DNA of 64,000 nucleotides from Oceanivirga miroungae (GTDB lineage Bacteria; Fusobacteriota; Fusobacteriia; Fusobacteriales; Leptotrichiaceae): NCBI RefSeq assembly GCF_902505095.1, contig NZ_CABWIB010000001.1, positions 570,688 to 634,687 of the forward strand, read 5' to 3'. Shown piece by piece: positions 1 to 10,060 of this stretch (position 1 is its first letter; each line of letters starts with the position of its first letter). The notes under the pieces were generated by a model. It saw only the letters and a program-made list of their open reading frames with translations, ran no database searches and was not told where the DNA came from. The position numbers and the translations under genes were made by a program.

Positions 1-1
1 G

Positions 2-148
2 ATTTCTAAAAAATATAATCCAAGTGGTAAATGGGGAGAAATAGATATAAACAGATGGGATAATTTCTATAACTGGGTATATAAAAATAAATTAACTGAT
101 AAAAAAGTACCTAGCTCTTATGGTGTGACTAATGAGTTTATCAAATAA
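2..148 (+). CDS. 3' end of an upstream gene (partial), ABC-type substrate-binding protein-like (NMT1/THI5-like) C-terminus
   Basis: Open frame from window start to TAA at 146-148. Tail ...GKWGEIDINRWDNFYNWVYKN... resembles SsuA/ThiY-type periplasmic binding proteins. Overlaps the ATPase start. Confidence 0.35.
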   Translation: MSKKYNPSGKWGEIDINRWDNFYNWVYKNKLTDKKVPSSYGVTNEFIK

Positions 149-863
149 ATTATATATAGAAAATATAAATCATAAATATAAAGATGGTAGATATATTTTG
201 GATGATATTAGTTTTAGTATAAAAGAAGGTGAAACAGTAACAATACTAGGTCCTAGTGGCATAGGTAAAACTACCTTATTTAATATAATAGCTGGTATAA
301 TAGTTCCAAGCAGTGGTAAAATTTTTATTGATGATAAAGACTATACCGGAAAAACTGGAGTAGTTAGCTATATGCCACAAAAAGATTTATTATTACCATA
401 TAGAACAAGCTATGAAAATATTTCATTGCCTTTAGAAATTAAAGCTGAGAAAAAAGAAATTATTAAGGATAAAATTTTAAAATATAGTGATGAATTTGAA
501 ATTACAAATTTACTAAATAAATATCCAAGTAAGTTAAGTGGTGGTGAGAAAAAAAGAGTAGAACTTCTTCGTACATATATGATGTCTGGGAGTTTAATGC
601 TATTAGATGAACCATTTTCAGCGCTAGACTATATTACAAGGCATAAAATGTATAAATGGTTTAATAAAATAAAAAGTGAACTTAAGTTAACTTGCTTAAT
701 AATAACGCATGATATAGATGAGGCACTAATATTATCCGATAAAATATACATATTAAATCAAAAACCAGCTAATATAGTAAAAGAATTTAAAATAGAAAAT
801 AAAGATATATTAAGCCTAGAAGTTATAGAAATAAAAAAACAAATACTAGAAATATTAAAGTAA
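132..863 (+). CDS. ABC transporter ATP-binding protein (nitrate/sulfonate/thiamin-precursor type)
   Basis: Walker A GPSGIGKTT, ABC signature LSGGEKKRV, Walker B LLDEPFSALD, H-loop ITHD. Confidence 0.85.
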   Translation: MSLSNKLYIENINHKYKDGRYILDDISFSIKEGETVTILGPSGIGKTTLFNIIAGIIVPSSGKIFIDDKDYTGKTGVVSYMPQKDLLLPYRTSYENISLPLEIKAEKKEIIKDKILKYSDEFEITNLLNKYPSKLSGGEKKRVELLRTYMMSGSLMLLDEPFSALDYITRHKMYKWFNKIKSELKLTCLIITHDIDEALILSDKIYILNQKPANIVKEFKIENKDILSLEVIEIKKQILEILK

Positions 864-884
864 AATAAAAAAGCCTAGCCACAA

Positions 885-1799
885 TTAAAGGTTAGGCTTT
901 ACTTCTATAATATTTATATCATCAATTAATTTTTTTACTGAATTAAAGTCAGCAATTTCATAGGAGTATGCACTAGCAGAACCACAAGCAACACTCATTT
1001 TTAATGTATCTACATCGTTTAAATTTTCTAGGTAAGAATAGATAAATCCAGCTACCATAGAATCACCAGAACCGATTGAGTTTATATATTTCCCACAAGG
1101 TATATTTGCTTTTAAATATTTACCTTTTTTTACTAGTATAGCACCTTTATTGCCCATTGAAACAAGTACATTTTCTACACCTTTTTCAATAAAATAACTT
1201 GCATATTTATATACTTCAATATCACTTATTATTTTAGTATTAAATGCAATTTCTAACTCCTTTATATTGGGTTTTATTAAAATATTATTGCAGATATTAT
1301 CTTTTAATAAATTCCCACGAGTATCTAAAATTACTTTTGCTTTTGTTAATTTACTTAATGTATAGTATATATTTTTTTCTATATTATCTGGTATAGAACC
1401 AGATAAAATTAAGATATCGTTGTCACTTAGTCCTGATATGAAAGATTTTAATTTTTCAATATATTTTTCGTCTATGTTAGGGCTTATACCAGAGATTTCA
1501 GTTTCATTATATGTATCATTTATTTTCACATTTATTCTAGTTATACCATTTGTTTTAATAAAATCATTTTTAATCCCTAAATTATTTAGATAATTTATTA
1601 TATAATCTCCAGTAAAACCAGAAACAAAACCTAAAGCTATATTTTCTTTTTTTAAATTTTTCAACATTATTGAAACATTTATACCCTTGCCACCAGCACG
1701 AAACTTTACATTTTTCGATAAATTTAAATCGTTTTCAGCCAACTTATCTAAATAGATATCATAATCTAGCGCAGGATTTAATGTTAATGTATATATCAT
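885..1799 (-). CDS. PfkB-family sugar kinase (1-phosphofructokinase / tagatose-6-P kinase-like)
   Basis: 304 aa. N-terminal MIYTLTLNPALDY, GG motif, C-terminal GSGDSMVAGF typical of FruK/LacC. Confidence 0.8.
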   Translation of the reverse strand: MIYTLTLNPALDYDIYLDKLAENDLNLSKNVKFRAGGKGINVSIMLKNLKKENIALGFVSGFTGDYIINYLNNLGIKNDFIKTNGITRINVKINDTYNETEISGISPNIDEKYIEKLKSFISGLSDNDILILSGSIPDNIEKNIYYTLSKLTKAKVILDTRGNLLKDNICNNILIKPNIKELEIAFNTKIISDIEVYKYASYFIEKGVENVLVSMGNKGAILVKKGKYLKANIPCGKYINSIGSGDSMVAGFIYSYLENLNDVDTLKMSVACGSASAYSYEIADFNSVKKLIDDINIIEVKPNL

Positions 1800-1891
1800 A
1801 AATAAAGCACCTCATTTCTATAAATATTATAACTTTTTTTTTAAAAAATAAAATAGAAAAAAATTTTTTTATAAAAAAACTGTTTTTTTTC

Positions 1892-1920
1892 TTTACATCT
1901 TTTGTGTATTGTGCTAGAAT
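1892..1920 (+). promoter_or_regulatory. sigma70-like promoter of the infA/alpha operon (TTTACA-17-TAGAAT)
   Basis: TTTACA 1892-1897, 17-nt spacer, TAGAAT 1915-1920, about 55 nt upstream of the infA start. Confidence 0.45.
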
Positions 1921-1977
1921 GAATAGGTTGCAAGATTATTGCAATGATTTTATATTATATGATTCGAGGTGATTTAA

Positions 1978-2196
1978 TTGGCAAAACAAGATGTACTAGA
2001 ACTTGAGGGTGAAATATTAGAAGCATTACCAAATGCAATGTTTCAAATAAAACTTGAGAACGGACATACTGTGTTAGGACACATTTCGGGTAAAATGAGA
2101 ATGCATTATATCAAAATTTTACCTGGAGATAAAGTTACGGTGGAAATTTCTCCGTATGATTTATCACGTGGAAGAATCGTATATAGAAAAAAATAA
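1978..2196 (+). CDS. infA: translation initiation factor IF-1
   Basis: 72 aa; [13 protein letters not shown]...[18 protein letters not shown]...[13 protein letters not shown] is canonical IF-1 (S1-like fold). Confidence 0.95.
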   Translation: MAKQDVLELEGEILEALPNAMFQIKLENGHTVLGHISGKMRMHYIKILPGDKVTVEISPYDLSRGRIVYRKK

Positions 2197-2206
2197 AGGG
2201 GGTTTT

Positions 2207-2320
2207 ATGAAAGTAAAAGCATCTGTGAAAAAGATTTGTGACAAATGTAAGATCATAAAAAGATCTGGTGTTGTAAGAGTAATGTGCGAAAACCCTAAAC
2301 ATAAACAAAGACAAGGATAA
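2207..2320 (+). CDS. rpmJ: 50S ribosomal protein L36
   Basis: 37 aa, [37 protein letters not shown]. Not in the ORF track (too short). RBS GGGGG upstream. Confidence 0.9.
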   Translation: MKVKASVKKICDKCKIIKRSGVVRVMCENPKHKQRQG

Positions 2321-2453
2321 CAAGAGGAAAACAAAAGCTTATTAATTTATATACCTAATATAAATTGTAAATGTATGTTTAGCCGTAGAGCTTATTCTTA
2401 TCAAAATTATGGGTAAGGCATATTGAAGAAGATTAATTAAAGGAGGAGTAGAT

Positions 2454-2819
2454 TTGGCAAGAATCGCAGGAGTAGATATTCCAAAGAACAAAAGAGTAGA
2501 AATTTCATTAACATATATCTTTGGTATAGGTAAAAGTTTATCAAATGAAATATTAAAAAGAGCTGAAGTTAACAGAGATACTAAAGTTATGGACCTATCA
2601 GAAGATGAATTAGGAAGAATTAGAAAACTTATCGACGAATACAAAGTTGAAGGTGAATTAAGAAAAGAAATCAGACTTAACATTAAGAGATTAACAGATA
2701 TCAAATGTTATAGAGGATTAAGACATAGAATGGGGCTACCAGTAAGAGGACAAAAAACTAAGACTAACGCAAGAACTAGAAAAGGTCCAGTTAGAATGGC
2801 AGTTGCTAAGAAAAAATAA
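2454..2819 (+). CDS. rpsM: 30S ribosomal protein S13
   Basis: [26 protein letters not shown]... canonical S13. Confidence 0.95.
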   Translation: MARIAGVDIPKNKRVEISLTYIFGIGKSLSNEILKRAEVNRDTKVMDLSEDELGRIRKLIDEYKVEGELRKEIRLNIKRLTDIKCYRGLRHRMGLPVRGQKTKTNARTRKGPVRMAVAKKK

Positions 2820-2836
2820 GGATAGGAGGAAACTAA

Positions 2837-3226
2837 GTGGCTAAGAAAACATCAGCAGTTTCAAAGAAAAAGAAATTAAAAAACATACCTAATGGTATAG
2901 CATATATACATTCAACATTTAACAATACTGTTGTAACAATAACAGATACTGAAGGAAGAGTTATAGCTTGGAAATCAGGTGGGACATCAGGATTTAAAGG
3001 AACTAAAAAAGGAACTCCATTTGCAGCTCAAATAGCAGCTGAACAAGCAGCTCAAGTAGCAATTGAAAATGGAATGAAAAAAGTTGAAATAAAAATAAAA
3101 GGACCTGGATCAGGAAGAGAAGCTTCAATAAGATCAATACAGGCAACTGAATTAGAGGTTACTAGAATAATAGATATTACTCCAGTTCCTCACAATGGTG
3201 CGAGACCACCTAAAAAAAGAATGTAA
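2837..3226 (+). CDS. rpsK: 30S ribosomal protein S11
   Basis: [18 protein letters not shown]...[14 protein letters not shown] canonical S11. Confidence 0.95.
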   Translation: MAKKTSAVSKKKKLKNIPNGIAYIHSTFNNTVVTITDTEGRVIAWKSGGTSGFKGTKKGTPFAAQIAAEQAAQVAIENGMKKVEIKIKGPGSGREASIRSIQATELEVTRIIDITPVPHNGARPPKKRM

Positions 3227-3252
3227 TTTTTAACTAAGGAGGGAATAAATTA

Positions 3253-3840
3253 ATGGCAAGAGACTTAAGACCAGTTCTGAAACAATGTAGAACATTAGGG
3301 TTAGATCCAGTAGTACTAGGAGTAAATAAAAAATCAAATAGAAATAAAAGACCAAATGCAGCTAAGAAATTAACTGAGTATGGAGTACAATTAAGAGAAA
3401 AACAAAAAGCTAAATTTGTATATGGAGTTATGGAAAAAGGATTCTATAAACTATATGAAGAAGCAACAAGAAAAGATGGTGTAACAGGGGAATTACTATT
3501 ACAATATCTTGAAAGAAGATTAGATAACGTAGCATACAGATTAGGATTTGGAGCTACTAGAAAACAAGCAAGACAATTAGTTAACCATGGACACTTATTA
3601 GTAAATGGTAAAAAAGTTGATATAGTATCATACAGAGTAAAAGCTGGAGATGTTATAGAAGTAAAAGAAGGTTCAAAAGATTTAGATGTATTAAAAGAAT
3701 CTGTTGGGAAAAAATCTGTACCAGGATGGCTTGAATTAGATGAAGCAAAGAAAGTTGGGAAAGTATTAGAAGATCCTACAAGAGATGTAGTTGATTTTGA
3801 TATTGATGAAGCGATGATAATTGAGTTCTATTCAAGATAG
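3253..3840 (+). CDS. rpsD: 30S ribosomal protein S4
   Basis: MARDLRPVLKQCRTLG..., S4 domain LERRLDNVAYRLGFGATRKQARQLVNHGH. Confidence 0.95.
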   Translation: MARDLRPVLKQCRTLGLDPVVLGVNKKSNRNKRPNAAKKLTEYGVQLREKQKAKFVYGVMEKGFYKLYEEATRKDGVTGELLLQYLERRLDNVAYRLGFGATRKQARQLVNHGHLLVNGKKVDIVSYRVKAGDVIEVKEGSKDLDVLKESVGKKSVPGWLELDEAKKVGKVLEDPTRDVVDFDIDEAMIIEFYSR

Positions 3841-3873
3841 TTATAATAATTATTAAAATCAAACTATAAGGAG

Positions 3874-4833
3874 TTGATTCGCTTGTTAAATATAGAAAAA
3901 ATAGCAAAAAATATTAAATTAACTGAAGAAAAGAAAGATAAATATTCTGCAGTATATACTCTAGAACCTTTATACAGAGGTTATGGAAATACTATTGGAA
4001 ATGCATTAAGAAGAGTTTTATTATCTTCAATTCCAGGTAGTGCAATAAAAGGGATGAGCATACAAGGTGTTCTAAATGAATTCACTACATTAGACGGTGT
4101 TAAAGAAGCAGTAACTGATATAATCTTAAATGTAAAAGAAATAGTTGTAGAATTAGATGAGCCAGGAGAAAAAAGAATGAGCTTATCTGTTAAAGGACCA
4201 AAAGTTGTAACAGCAGCTGATATTACTAAAGAATTAGGTATAAATATAATAAATCCTGAACAAGTAATAGCGACAGTTACTACAGATAGAGAATTTAATA
4301 TGGAGTTCTTAGTTGATTCTGGTGAAGGCTTTGTTGTATCAGATGAAATAGATATGCAAGGTTGGGATCATGAAATGCTAGCAGTTGATGCGATATATAC
4401 ACCAATAAAGAAAGTAAACTATACAGTAAAAGATACTATGGTAGGAAGAGTAACTAACTATGATAAGTTAGAATTAGAAATTGTAACAGATGGAAGTATA
4501 GAAATATCTGATGCACTATCTTATGCAGTTGAATTACTACAAGTTCATTTACAACCATTTACTGAAATTGGAAATGCTATGAGTAAATACAGAGAAGAAG
4601 AAGAGGAAGTTGTAGAAGTTGTTGAAGAAAAAAATGATTTTTATGATATTCCATTAGAAGACATAGATTTAAAACAAAGATCATTTAATGCACTAAAAAG
4701 AGCAGGAATACATACTCTAGGAGCTTTATCTAAATTATCATTATCTGATATTGAAAAGATAAAGAATCTAGGTAAGGTATCAATAGATGAGATTACTGAT
4801 AAGTTAAGAGAATACGGATTTAACGTAGAATAA
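3874..4833 (+). CDS. rpoA: DNA-directed RNA polymerase subunit alpha
   Basis: NTD LEPLYRGYGNTIGNALRRVLLSS; alphaCTD DLKQRSFNALKRAGIHTLGAL. Acidic E/V-rich insertion before the CTD. Confidence 0.95.
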   Translation: MIRLLNIEKIAKNIKLTEEKKDKYSAVYTLEPLYRGYGNTIGNALRRVLLSSIPGSAIKGMSIQGVLNEFTTLDGVKEAVTDIILNVKEIVVELDEPGEKRMSLSVKGPKVVTAADITKELGINIINPEQVIATVTTDREFNMEFLVDSGEGFVVSDEIDMQGWDHEMLAVDAIYTPIKKVNYTVKDTMVGRVTNYDKLELEIVTDGSIEISDALSYAVELLQVHLQPFTEIGNAMSKYREEEEEVVEVVEEKNDFYDIPLEDIDLKQRSFNALKRAGIHTLGALSKLSLSDIEKIKNLGKVSIDEITDKLREYGFNVE

Positions 4834-4851
4834 GATTGGGGGTTAAGTAAA

Positions 4852-5226
4852 TTGAATCATAGAAAATCATATAGAAAACTTGGAAGAAGAACAGATCATA
4901 GATTAGCAATGCTTAAAAATATGACTATATCTTTAATACAAGCTGAAAAAATAGAGACAACAGTAACAAGAGCAAAGGAATTAAGAAAATTTGCTGAAAA
5001 AGCTATTACATTAGGTAAGAAACACAATGCTACTGATGATAGCTTAAGAAAAGTTCACTTAAGAAGACAAGCTTTTGCTTTCTTAAGAAACGAAGAAGCC
5101 GTTTATAAACTATTTAACGAAATAGCACCAAAATACGCTGAAAGAAATGGTGGTTATACAAGAATAGTTAAAACTGACGTGAGACGTGGAGACTCTGCAG
5201 AAATGGCAATCATAATGTTTGTATAA
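4852..5226 (+). CDS. rplQ: 50S ribosomal protein L17
   Basis: [22 protein letters not shown]...GGYTRIVK canonical L17. Start codon probably TTG. Confidence 0.9.
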   Translation: MNHRKSYRKLGRRTDHRLAMLKNMTISLIQAEKIETTVTRAKELRKFAEKAITLGKKHNATDDSLRKVHLRRQAFAFLRNEEAVYKLFNEIAPKYAERNGGYTRIVKTDVRRGDSAEMAIIMFV

Positions 5227-5236
5227 ATATAAGTAC

Positions 5237-5266
5237 AAAGTGGACTCATGGTCCACTTTTATATTA
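5237..5266 (+). terminator. rho-independent terminator after rplQ
   Basis: AAAGTGGAC-tcatg-GTCCACTTT perfect hairpin followed by a T/A-rich tail. Confidence 0.6.
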
Positions 5267-5278
5267 AAAAGGGGACAA

Positions 5279-5752
5279 ATGGAAGAAAGTAAATTAGAAT
5301 ATCTAGAAAAAACATTTCAAGATTTAATTGAAGATAAAAATATTATCATACTATACGTTGATTATGATAAAGAGGGTGGATATAATTATCTAAGAGTGTA
5401 TTTAGAAAAAATAGATGGAACTCGTGTTAGCTTAGATGATTGCGAAAAAGTAAGTGTTAAAATTGACGAAATTGCAAATGACCTAGTTTCAGGTTCATTT
5501 ATGCTAGAAGTTTCAAGCCCAGGGATTGAACGTAAATTAAAAAAAGAAAGAGATTATTTAAAATATATAAATGATGTAGTTGAAATAAAAACAAGAAGTA
5601 ATATAGAATCTAAAAAGAAATTTAAAGGTAAGTTACTAGATTTTAAAGATAATACAATATATATTTTAGATGAAGAGATAGGAGAAGTTAAAATAGCTAT
5701 AGAAAAGGTAATACAAGCTAAAAATGTATTTGATTTCAGTAGCCTAATATAA
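5279..5752 (+). CDS. rimP: ribosome maturation factor RimP
   Basis: ATG at 5279 with RBS AAAAAGGGGA. LEVSSPGIERKL motif. The ORF-track start at 5219 would run through the terminator hairpin. Confidence 0.8.
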   Translation: MEESKLEYLEKTFQDLIEDKNIIILYVDYDKEGGYNYLRVYLEKIDGTRVSLDDCEKVSVKIDEIANDLVSGSFMLEVSSPGIERKLKKERDYLKYINDVVEIKTRSNIESKKKFKGKLLDFKDNTIYILDEEIGEVKIAIEKVIQAKNVFDFSSLI

Positions 5753-5764
5753 AGGAGGAGAAAA

Positions 5765-6838
5765 ATGAGTGCAAGAGATCAAAAACTATTTTTAACTGCA
5801 CTTGATCAATTAGTAGAAGAAAAAGGATTAGATAAAGAAGAGTTATTTACAGCTATAGAAACAGCAATGCTTGCTGCATATAAGAAAAATTTTAAAGAAT
5901 CTGAAAACGCTGTAGTTGAGATAAATAGAAAAAATGGTGCAATTACACTAAAAGCTCAAAAAAAAGTTGTTGAGGATGCAGTTGATGTAAATACTGAAAT
6001 AAGCTTAGAAAATGCAAAAATATACAATAAGAAAGCAAAAATAGGTGATCTTATTGATATAGAAGTAAATGCATCTGAATTTAGAAGAAATGCTATACAA
6101 AATGCTAAACAAATTGTAATCCAAAAAGTTCGTGAGCACGAAAAATATACAAGATTTATTAAATTCAAAAAAATTGAAAATTCATTAGTAACAGCACTTG
6201 TAAAAAAAATGGATGAAAATGGTAACCTATATATCGAATTAAATGATATAGAAGCGATAATACCATTTAAAGATTTAAACCCAGAAGATAAGTTTGAACA
6301 AGGGGATAGAATTTCTGTATATATAGGGGAAGTAAGTGAGGGAAGTAAATTCACTAAAGTAGAATACTCAAGAAGAAATGAAGAATTCTTAAAAAAACTA
6401 TTAGAAAGAGAAATACCAGAAATTGCAAATAAAGATATTGAAATTAAGTCAATTGCAAGAGAAGCAGGTAGTAGATCAAAAATAGCTGTATATAGTAGTG
6501 ACCCTAATTTAGATGTTAAAGGAGCTTGTATAGGTAGAAATAGTACAAGAATACAAAGCATATTAAAAGAATTAAACGGAGAAAAATTAGACTTAGTTTT
6601 ATGGGATGAAGATGAAAGAATTTTTGTAAAAAATGCTTTAAGTCCAGCTAGTATATATTCAATAGAAATTGTTGAAATAGATAATGAAAAAGTTGCAAAT
6701 GTAGAAGTAAACCCAGATGAATTATCACTTGCAATTGGTAAAAAAGGTCAAAATAGTAGACTAGCATCTAAATTATGTAAATTAAGAATAAATATTAAAA
6801 TAGATGAAAATGATAAAGTAATAAGTGAAGAAGAATAG
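5765..6838 (+). CDS. nusA: transcription termination/antitermination factor NusA
   Basis: NusA N-terminal domain, S1 and two KH domains (AIGKKGQNSRLASKL). Confidence 0.95.
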   Translation: MSARDQKLFLTALDQLVEEKGLDKEELFTAIETAMLAAYKKNFKESENAVVEINRKNGAITLKAQKKVVEDAVDVNTEISLENAKIYNKKAKIGDLIDIEVNASEFRRNAIQNAKQIVIQKVREHEKYTRFIKFKKIENSLVTALVKKMDENGNLYIELNDIEAIIPFKDLNPEDKFEQGDRISVYIGEVSEGSKFTKVEYSRRNEEFLKKLLEREIPEIANKDIEIKSIAREAGSRSKIAVYSSDPNLDVKGACIGRNSTRIQSILKELNGEKLDLVLWDEDERIFVKNALSPASIYSIEIVEIDNEKVANVEVNPDELSLAIGKKGQNSRLASKLCKLRINIKIDENDKVISEEE

Positions 6839-6841
6839 TAA

Positions 6842-7111
6842 ATGAAAAAAGAACCAATTAGAACTTGTGTATATACAAGGGTAAAAAAAAGTAAAAATGA
6901 ATTACTAAGACTTGTTAAAAATTCAAATGATGAATATATTTTAGACGAAAGAAAAATAATGCAAAAAAGAGCAATATATATAGACGTATCAAAAGAAGTT
7001 CTATTTTTAATAGATAAAAACAAGAAATATTCAATAAATGAATTAGCAAAAGAAAAAATAAAAAAAATAATAGAAGAAAAGATAAAGGTAGGTGGTGAAA
7101 ATGTCAAATAG
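6842..7111 (+). CDS. YlxR/RnpM-family (DUF448) RNA-binding protein
   Basis: PIRTCVYTRVKKSKNELLRLV...RAIYIDVSKE typical YlxR between nusA and infB. Confidence 0.75.
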   Translation: MKKEPIRTCVYTRVKKSKNELLRLVKNSNDEYILDERKIMQKRAIYIDVSKEVLFLIDKNKKYSINELAKEKIKKIIEEKIKVGGENVK

Positions 7112-9656
7112 AGTTCATGAGGTAGCAAAAAAATTCAAAATGAATACAAAAGATTTCATTTCTAAAATTTCAAAACTAGGTATAAATAAAGAAAATGCTT
7201 TAAATACATTAGATGAATCTGAAATAAAGAAAATAGAAAATGAATTTAATAAGGCAAAAAATAACCAAGGAAATGAAAAACAGGTTATACGTGAAAAAAT
7301 GATATTTAATAACCAAAAAGAAGAAAAAAAAGAAGAAAGAAAAGATTATAGAAGAAATAGAGGTTACATGAATTATACTAATACAAATAGTAAAAATCAA
7401 AGTAACTTTAAAAATAATAATCGTAAGGAAAATAATAAGGAAAATTACAATAATAATAAAGATAATCAAAAGAAAGATTATAAAAACTTTAAAAACAGAA
7501 ATAATGATAATATAGCAAATAAAGATAATAAACAAAATTTTAAAAATAACAGAAATAATGATAATAGGTCGAATGATAAAGGCTTTAATGCATATAGTAA
7601 AGATAGAGACGACTATAGCTCAAATAATAAGTTTAATAAGCCTAAAGCTAAAAAGGATAAAAAGGTAGCTAGTGAACCTTCAATTATTCCTGAAAGTGAA
7701 AATACAGCAACAAAGAAATTTTCAAAAGGTTCTAATAAATCTAAATTTGATAAAAAGAAATATGAAAATGAAAAAATTCAAAAAGAAGAAGAAAGAATCT
7801 TAAAAGAATTAAGAACAGACTTTAGAAAAGAAAATTCTAAGAAGAAAAAGAAAAAAGCTGAAAAAGAATTAAAAAGTGAAGTTGAAAAAATTGATGAAGG
7901 TGCAGGAATTTTAAAAATAAGTGGTGAATTATCTGTTAAAGATTTTGCTGAAAAATTAGGAGTTAATGTTTCAGATATTATTAAAAAATTCTTCATGCAA
8001 GGAAAAATTTTAAATGCTAATGCTATTTTATCATTAGAAGAAATTGAAGAATTAGCACTTGAATATAATGTGTTAATTGAAATGGAAGAGGAAGAAGAAA
8101 TTTCATATGGTGAAAAATATGAATTAGAAATTGAAGATAGCAGCGAGGATTTAGAATTAAGAGCACCTGTTATTACAATAATGGGACACGTTGATCACGG
8201 TAAAACTTCATTATTAGATGCAATAAGAAATACAAATATAATTGCAAGTGAAGCAGGAGGAATAACACAAAAAATAGGAGCTTATCAAATTGATTATAAA
8301 GGTCAAAAAATAACATTTATAGATACTCCAGGTCACGAAGCATTTACTGAAATGAGAGCAAGAGGAGCTAATATAACTGATATTGCAATCCTTATAGTAG
8401 CTGCAGATGATGGAGTTAAACCACAAACAATAGAAGCTATAAGCCACGCAAAAGAAGCAAATGTTCCTATAATAGTCGCAATAAATAAAATGGATAAAGT
8501 TGGAGCAAATCCTATGAGAGTAAAACAAGAATTAACTGAACAAGGTCTTGTTTGGCAAGAGTGGGGTGGAGATGTTGAGTTTATTGAAATTTCAGCAAAA
8601 ACTGGACAAAATTTAGAGCAATTATTAGAAACTGTATTAATTACAGCTGAATTACAAGAATTAAAGGCAAATTCTAAAAAAAGAGCGAAAGCTGTTGTAA
8701 TAGAATCAAAATTAGATCCTCAAGTTGGAACTATAGCCGATATTTTAGTAAAAGAAGGAACATTAAGAATTGGTGATATATTTGTAGCTGGTGAATCTTA
8801 CGGTAAAATTAGAACAATGTTAAATGACAAGGGTGAAAAAATTACAGAAGCAGGACCTAGTACTCCAGTAGAAATAACAGGATTTAATAATATTCCAAAT
8901 GCTGGTGACACACTATACTGTGTTAAAAATGATAAACAAGCTAGAAAGATAATAGAAGACTTTAAAGCAACAAATAGAGAAATAGAAATAAATGGTAAAA
9001 AACATATATCACTTGAAATGTTAAGTAAAGAATTAAAAGACCAAGATATAAAAGAATTAAAATGTATAATAAGAGCAGATTCAAGAGGGTCTGTTGAAGC
9101 ATTAAAAGATGCTTTATCAAAATTATCAAACGATGAAGTAAGTGTAAATGTAATACAAGCAAGTGCTGGAGCAATTACAGAAGGAGATGTTAAGTTAGCT
9201 GAAGCATCTAATGCAATAATAATTGGATTTGGTGTAAGACCTAATACACAAGCAAGAAGTGAATCTGAAAAAACAGGTGTAGAAATTAGAAACTATAGTG
9301 TAATATATCACGTAATAGAAGATATTGAAAAAGCTCTAAAAGGAATGCTAGACCCAGAATATAGAGAAATTTACTTCGGTAGAATGGAAGTACTACAAGT
9401 ATTTAAAATATCAGGAGTAGGTAATATTGCAGGATCTATCGTAGTTGATGGTAAAGTACAAAAGGATTCAAAAATTAGAATTTTAAGAGATGGAATAATA
9501 ATACATGAAGGAGAAATAAGCTCACTTAAAAGATATAAAGATGACGTTAAAGAAGCAACTCTTGGACAAGAATGTGGTATAAGTATTAAAGATTATACTG
9601 ATATTAAAGCTCATGATATTATTGAATCATACAAAATGGAGGAAATAGCTAGATAA
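7092..9656 (+). CDS. infB: translation initiation factor IF-2
   Basis: GTP-binding domain (IMGHVDHGKTSLLD, DTPGHEAF, NKMD) and C-terminal domains. Long N/K-rich low-complexity N-terminal region. Start GTG 7092 or ATG 7101. Confidence 0.95.
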   Translation: MVKMSNRVHEVAKKFKMNTKDFISKISKLGINKENALNTLDESEIKKIENEFNKAKNNQGNEKQVIREKMIFNNQKEEKKEERKDYRRNRGYMNYTNTNSKNQSNFKNNNRKENNKENYNNNKDNQKKDYKNFKNRNNDNIANKDNKQNFKNNRNNDNRSNDKGFNAYSKDRDDYSSNNKFNKPKAKKDKKVASEPSIIPESENTATKKFSKGSNKSKFDKKKYENEKIQKEEERILKELRTDFRKENSKKKKKKAEKELKSEVEKIDEGAGILKISGELSVKDFAEKLGVNVSDIIKKFFMQGKILNANAILSLEEIEELALEYNVLIEMEEEEEISYGEKYELEIEDSSEDLELRAPVITIMGHVDHGKTSLLDAIRNTNIIASEAGGITQKIGAYQIDYKGQKITFIDTPGHEAFTEMRARGANITDIAILIVAADDGVKPQTIEAISHAKEANVPIIVAINKMDKVGANPMRVKQELTEQGLVWQEWGGDVEFIEISAKTGQNLEQLLETVLITAELQELKANSKKRAKAVVIESKLDPQVGTIADILVKEGTLRIGDIFVAGESYGKIRTMLNDKGEKITEAGPSTPVEITGFNNIPNAGDTLYCVKNDKQARKIIEDFKATNREIEINGKKHISLEMLSKELKDQDIKELKCIIRADSRGSVEALKDALSKLSNDEVSVNVIQASAGAITEGDVKLAEASNAIIIGFGVRPNTQARSESEKTGVEIRNYSVIYHVIEDIEKALKGMLDPEYREIYFGRMEVLQVFKISGVGNIAGSIVVDGKVQKDSKIRILRDGIIIHEGEISSLKRYKDDVKEATLGQECGISIKDYTDIKAHDIIESYKMEEIAR

Positions 9657-9657
9657 T

Positions 9658-10014
9658 ATGAATGAAAGAAGAGTAAAAGGGATAGAAAAAGAAATAGCTA
9701 GAAAAATTGGTACAATACTGTTAACTGAAGTAAAAAATGAAAAACTAAAAAATCTAGTAAGTGTTTACAATGTGAAACTTAGCTCAGATGCTAGATATGT
9801 TGATATAATATTTTCTATATTGAACTATAAGGAAAATATAAATAAAGAAAAGTTATTAGAAGACTTGAATAAAGTAAAGGGCTTTTTTAGAAAAAGATTA
9901 AGCGAAGAGCTAAACATTAGATATGTTCCAGAAATAAGAGTTCACTTAGATGATACGATAGAGTATGCAGTTAAAATATCTAAATTGATAGATGAAGTTT
10001 TAGACAAAAAATAA
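9658..10014 (+). CDS. rbfA: ribosome-binding factor A
   Basis: Small KH-like RbfA (RVKGIEKEIARKIGTILLTEV...) in the canonical position after infB. Confidence 0.9.
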   Translation: MNERRVKGIEKEIARKIGTILLTEVKNEKLKNLVSVYNVKLSSDARYVDIIFSILNYKENINKEKLLEDLNKVKGFFRKRLSEELNIRYVPEIRVHLDDTIEYAVKISKLIDEVLDKK

Positions 10015-10060
10015 AAAGTATGTTAAAATAAAAATATTATATAAATATAGGAGGTACAAG

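Noticed and set aside
2135-2704. Minus-strand ORFs (2135-2323, 2342-2704) overlapping infA/rpmJ/rpsM
   Set aside because: Antisense to universally conserved ribosomal genes; composition-driven open frames in AT-rich DNA with no motifs.
5219-5278. Longer RimP start at 5219
   Set aside because: Would translate through the rplQ terminator hairpin and lacks an RBS; ATG 5279 has a good RBS.
5956-9174. Minus-strand ORFs inside nusA and infB (5956-6561, 6748-7128, 7209-7535, 7778-7996, 8214-8528, 8962-9174)
   Set aside because: All lie antisense within well-supported conserved CDSs; products are low-complexity (F/I/L-rich), typical artefacts of reading A-rich sense strands backwards.
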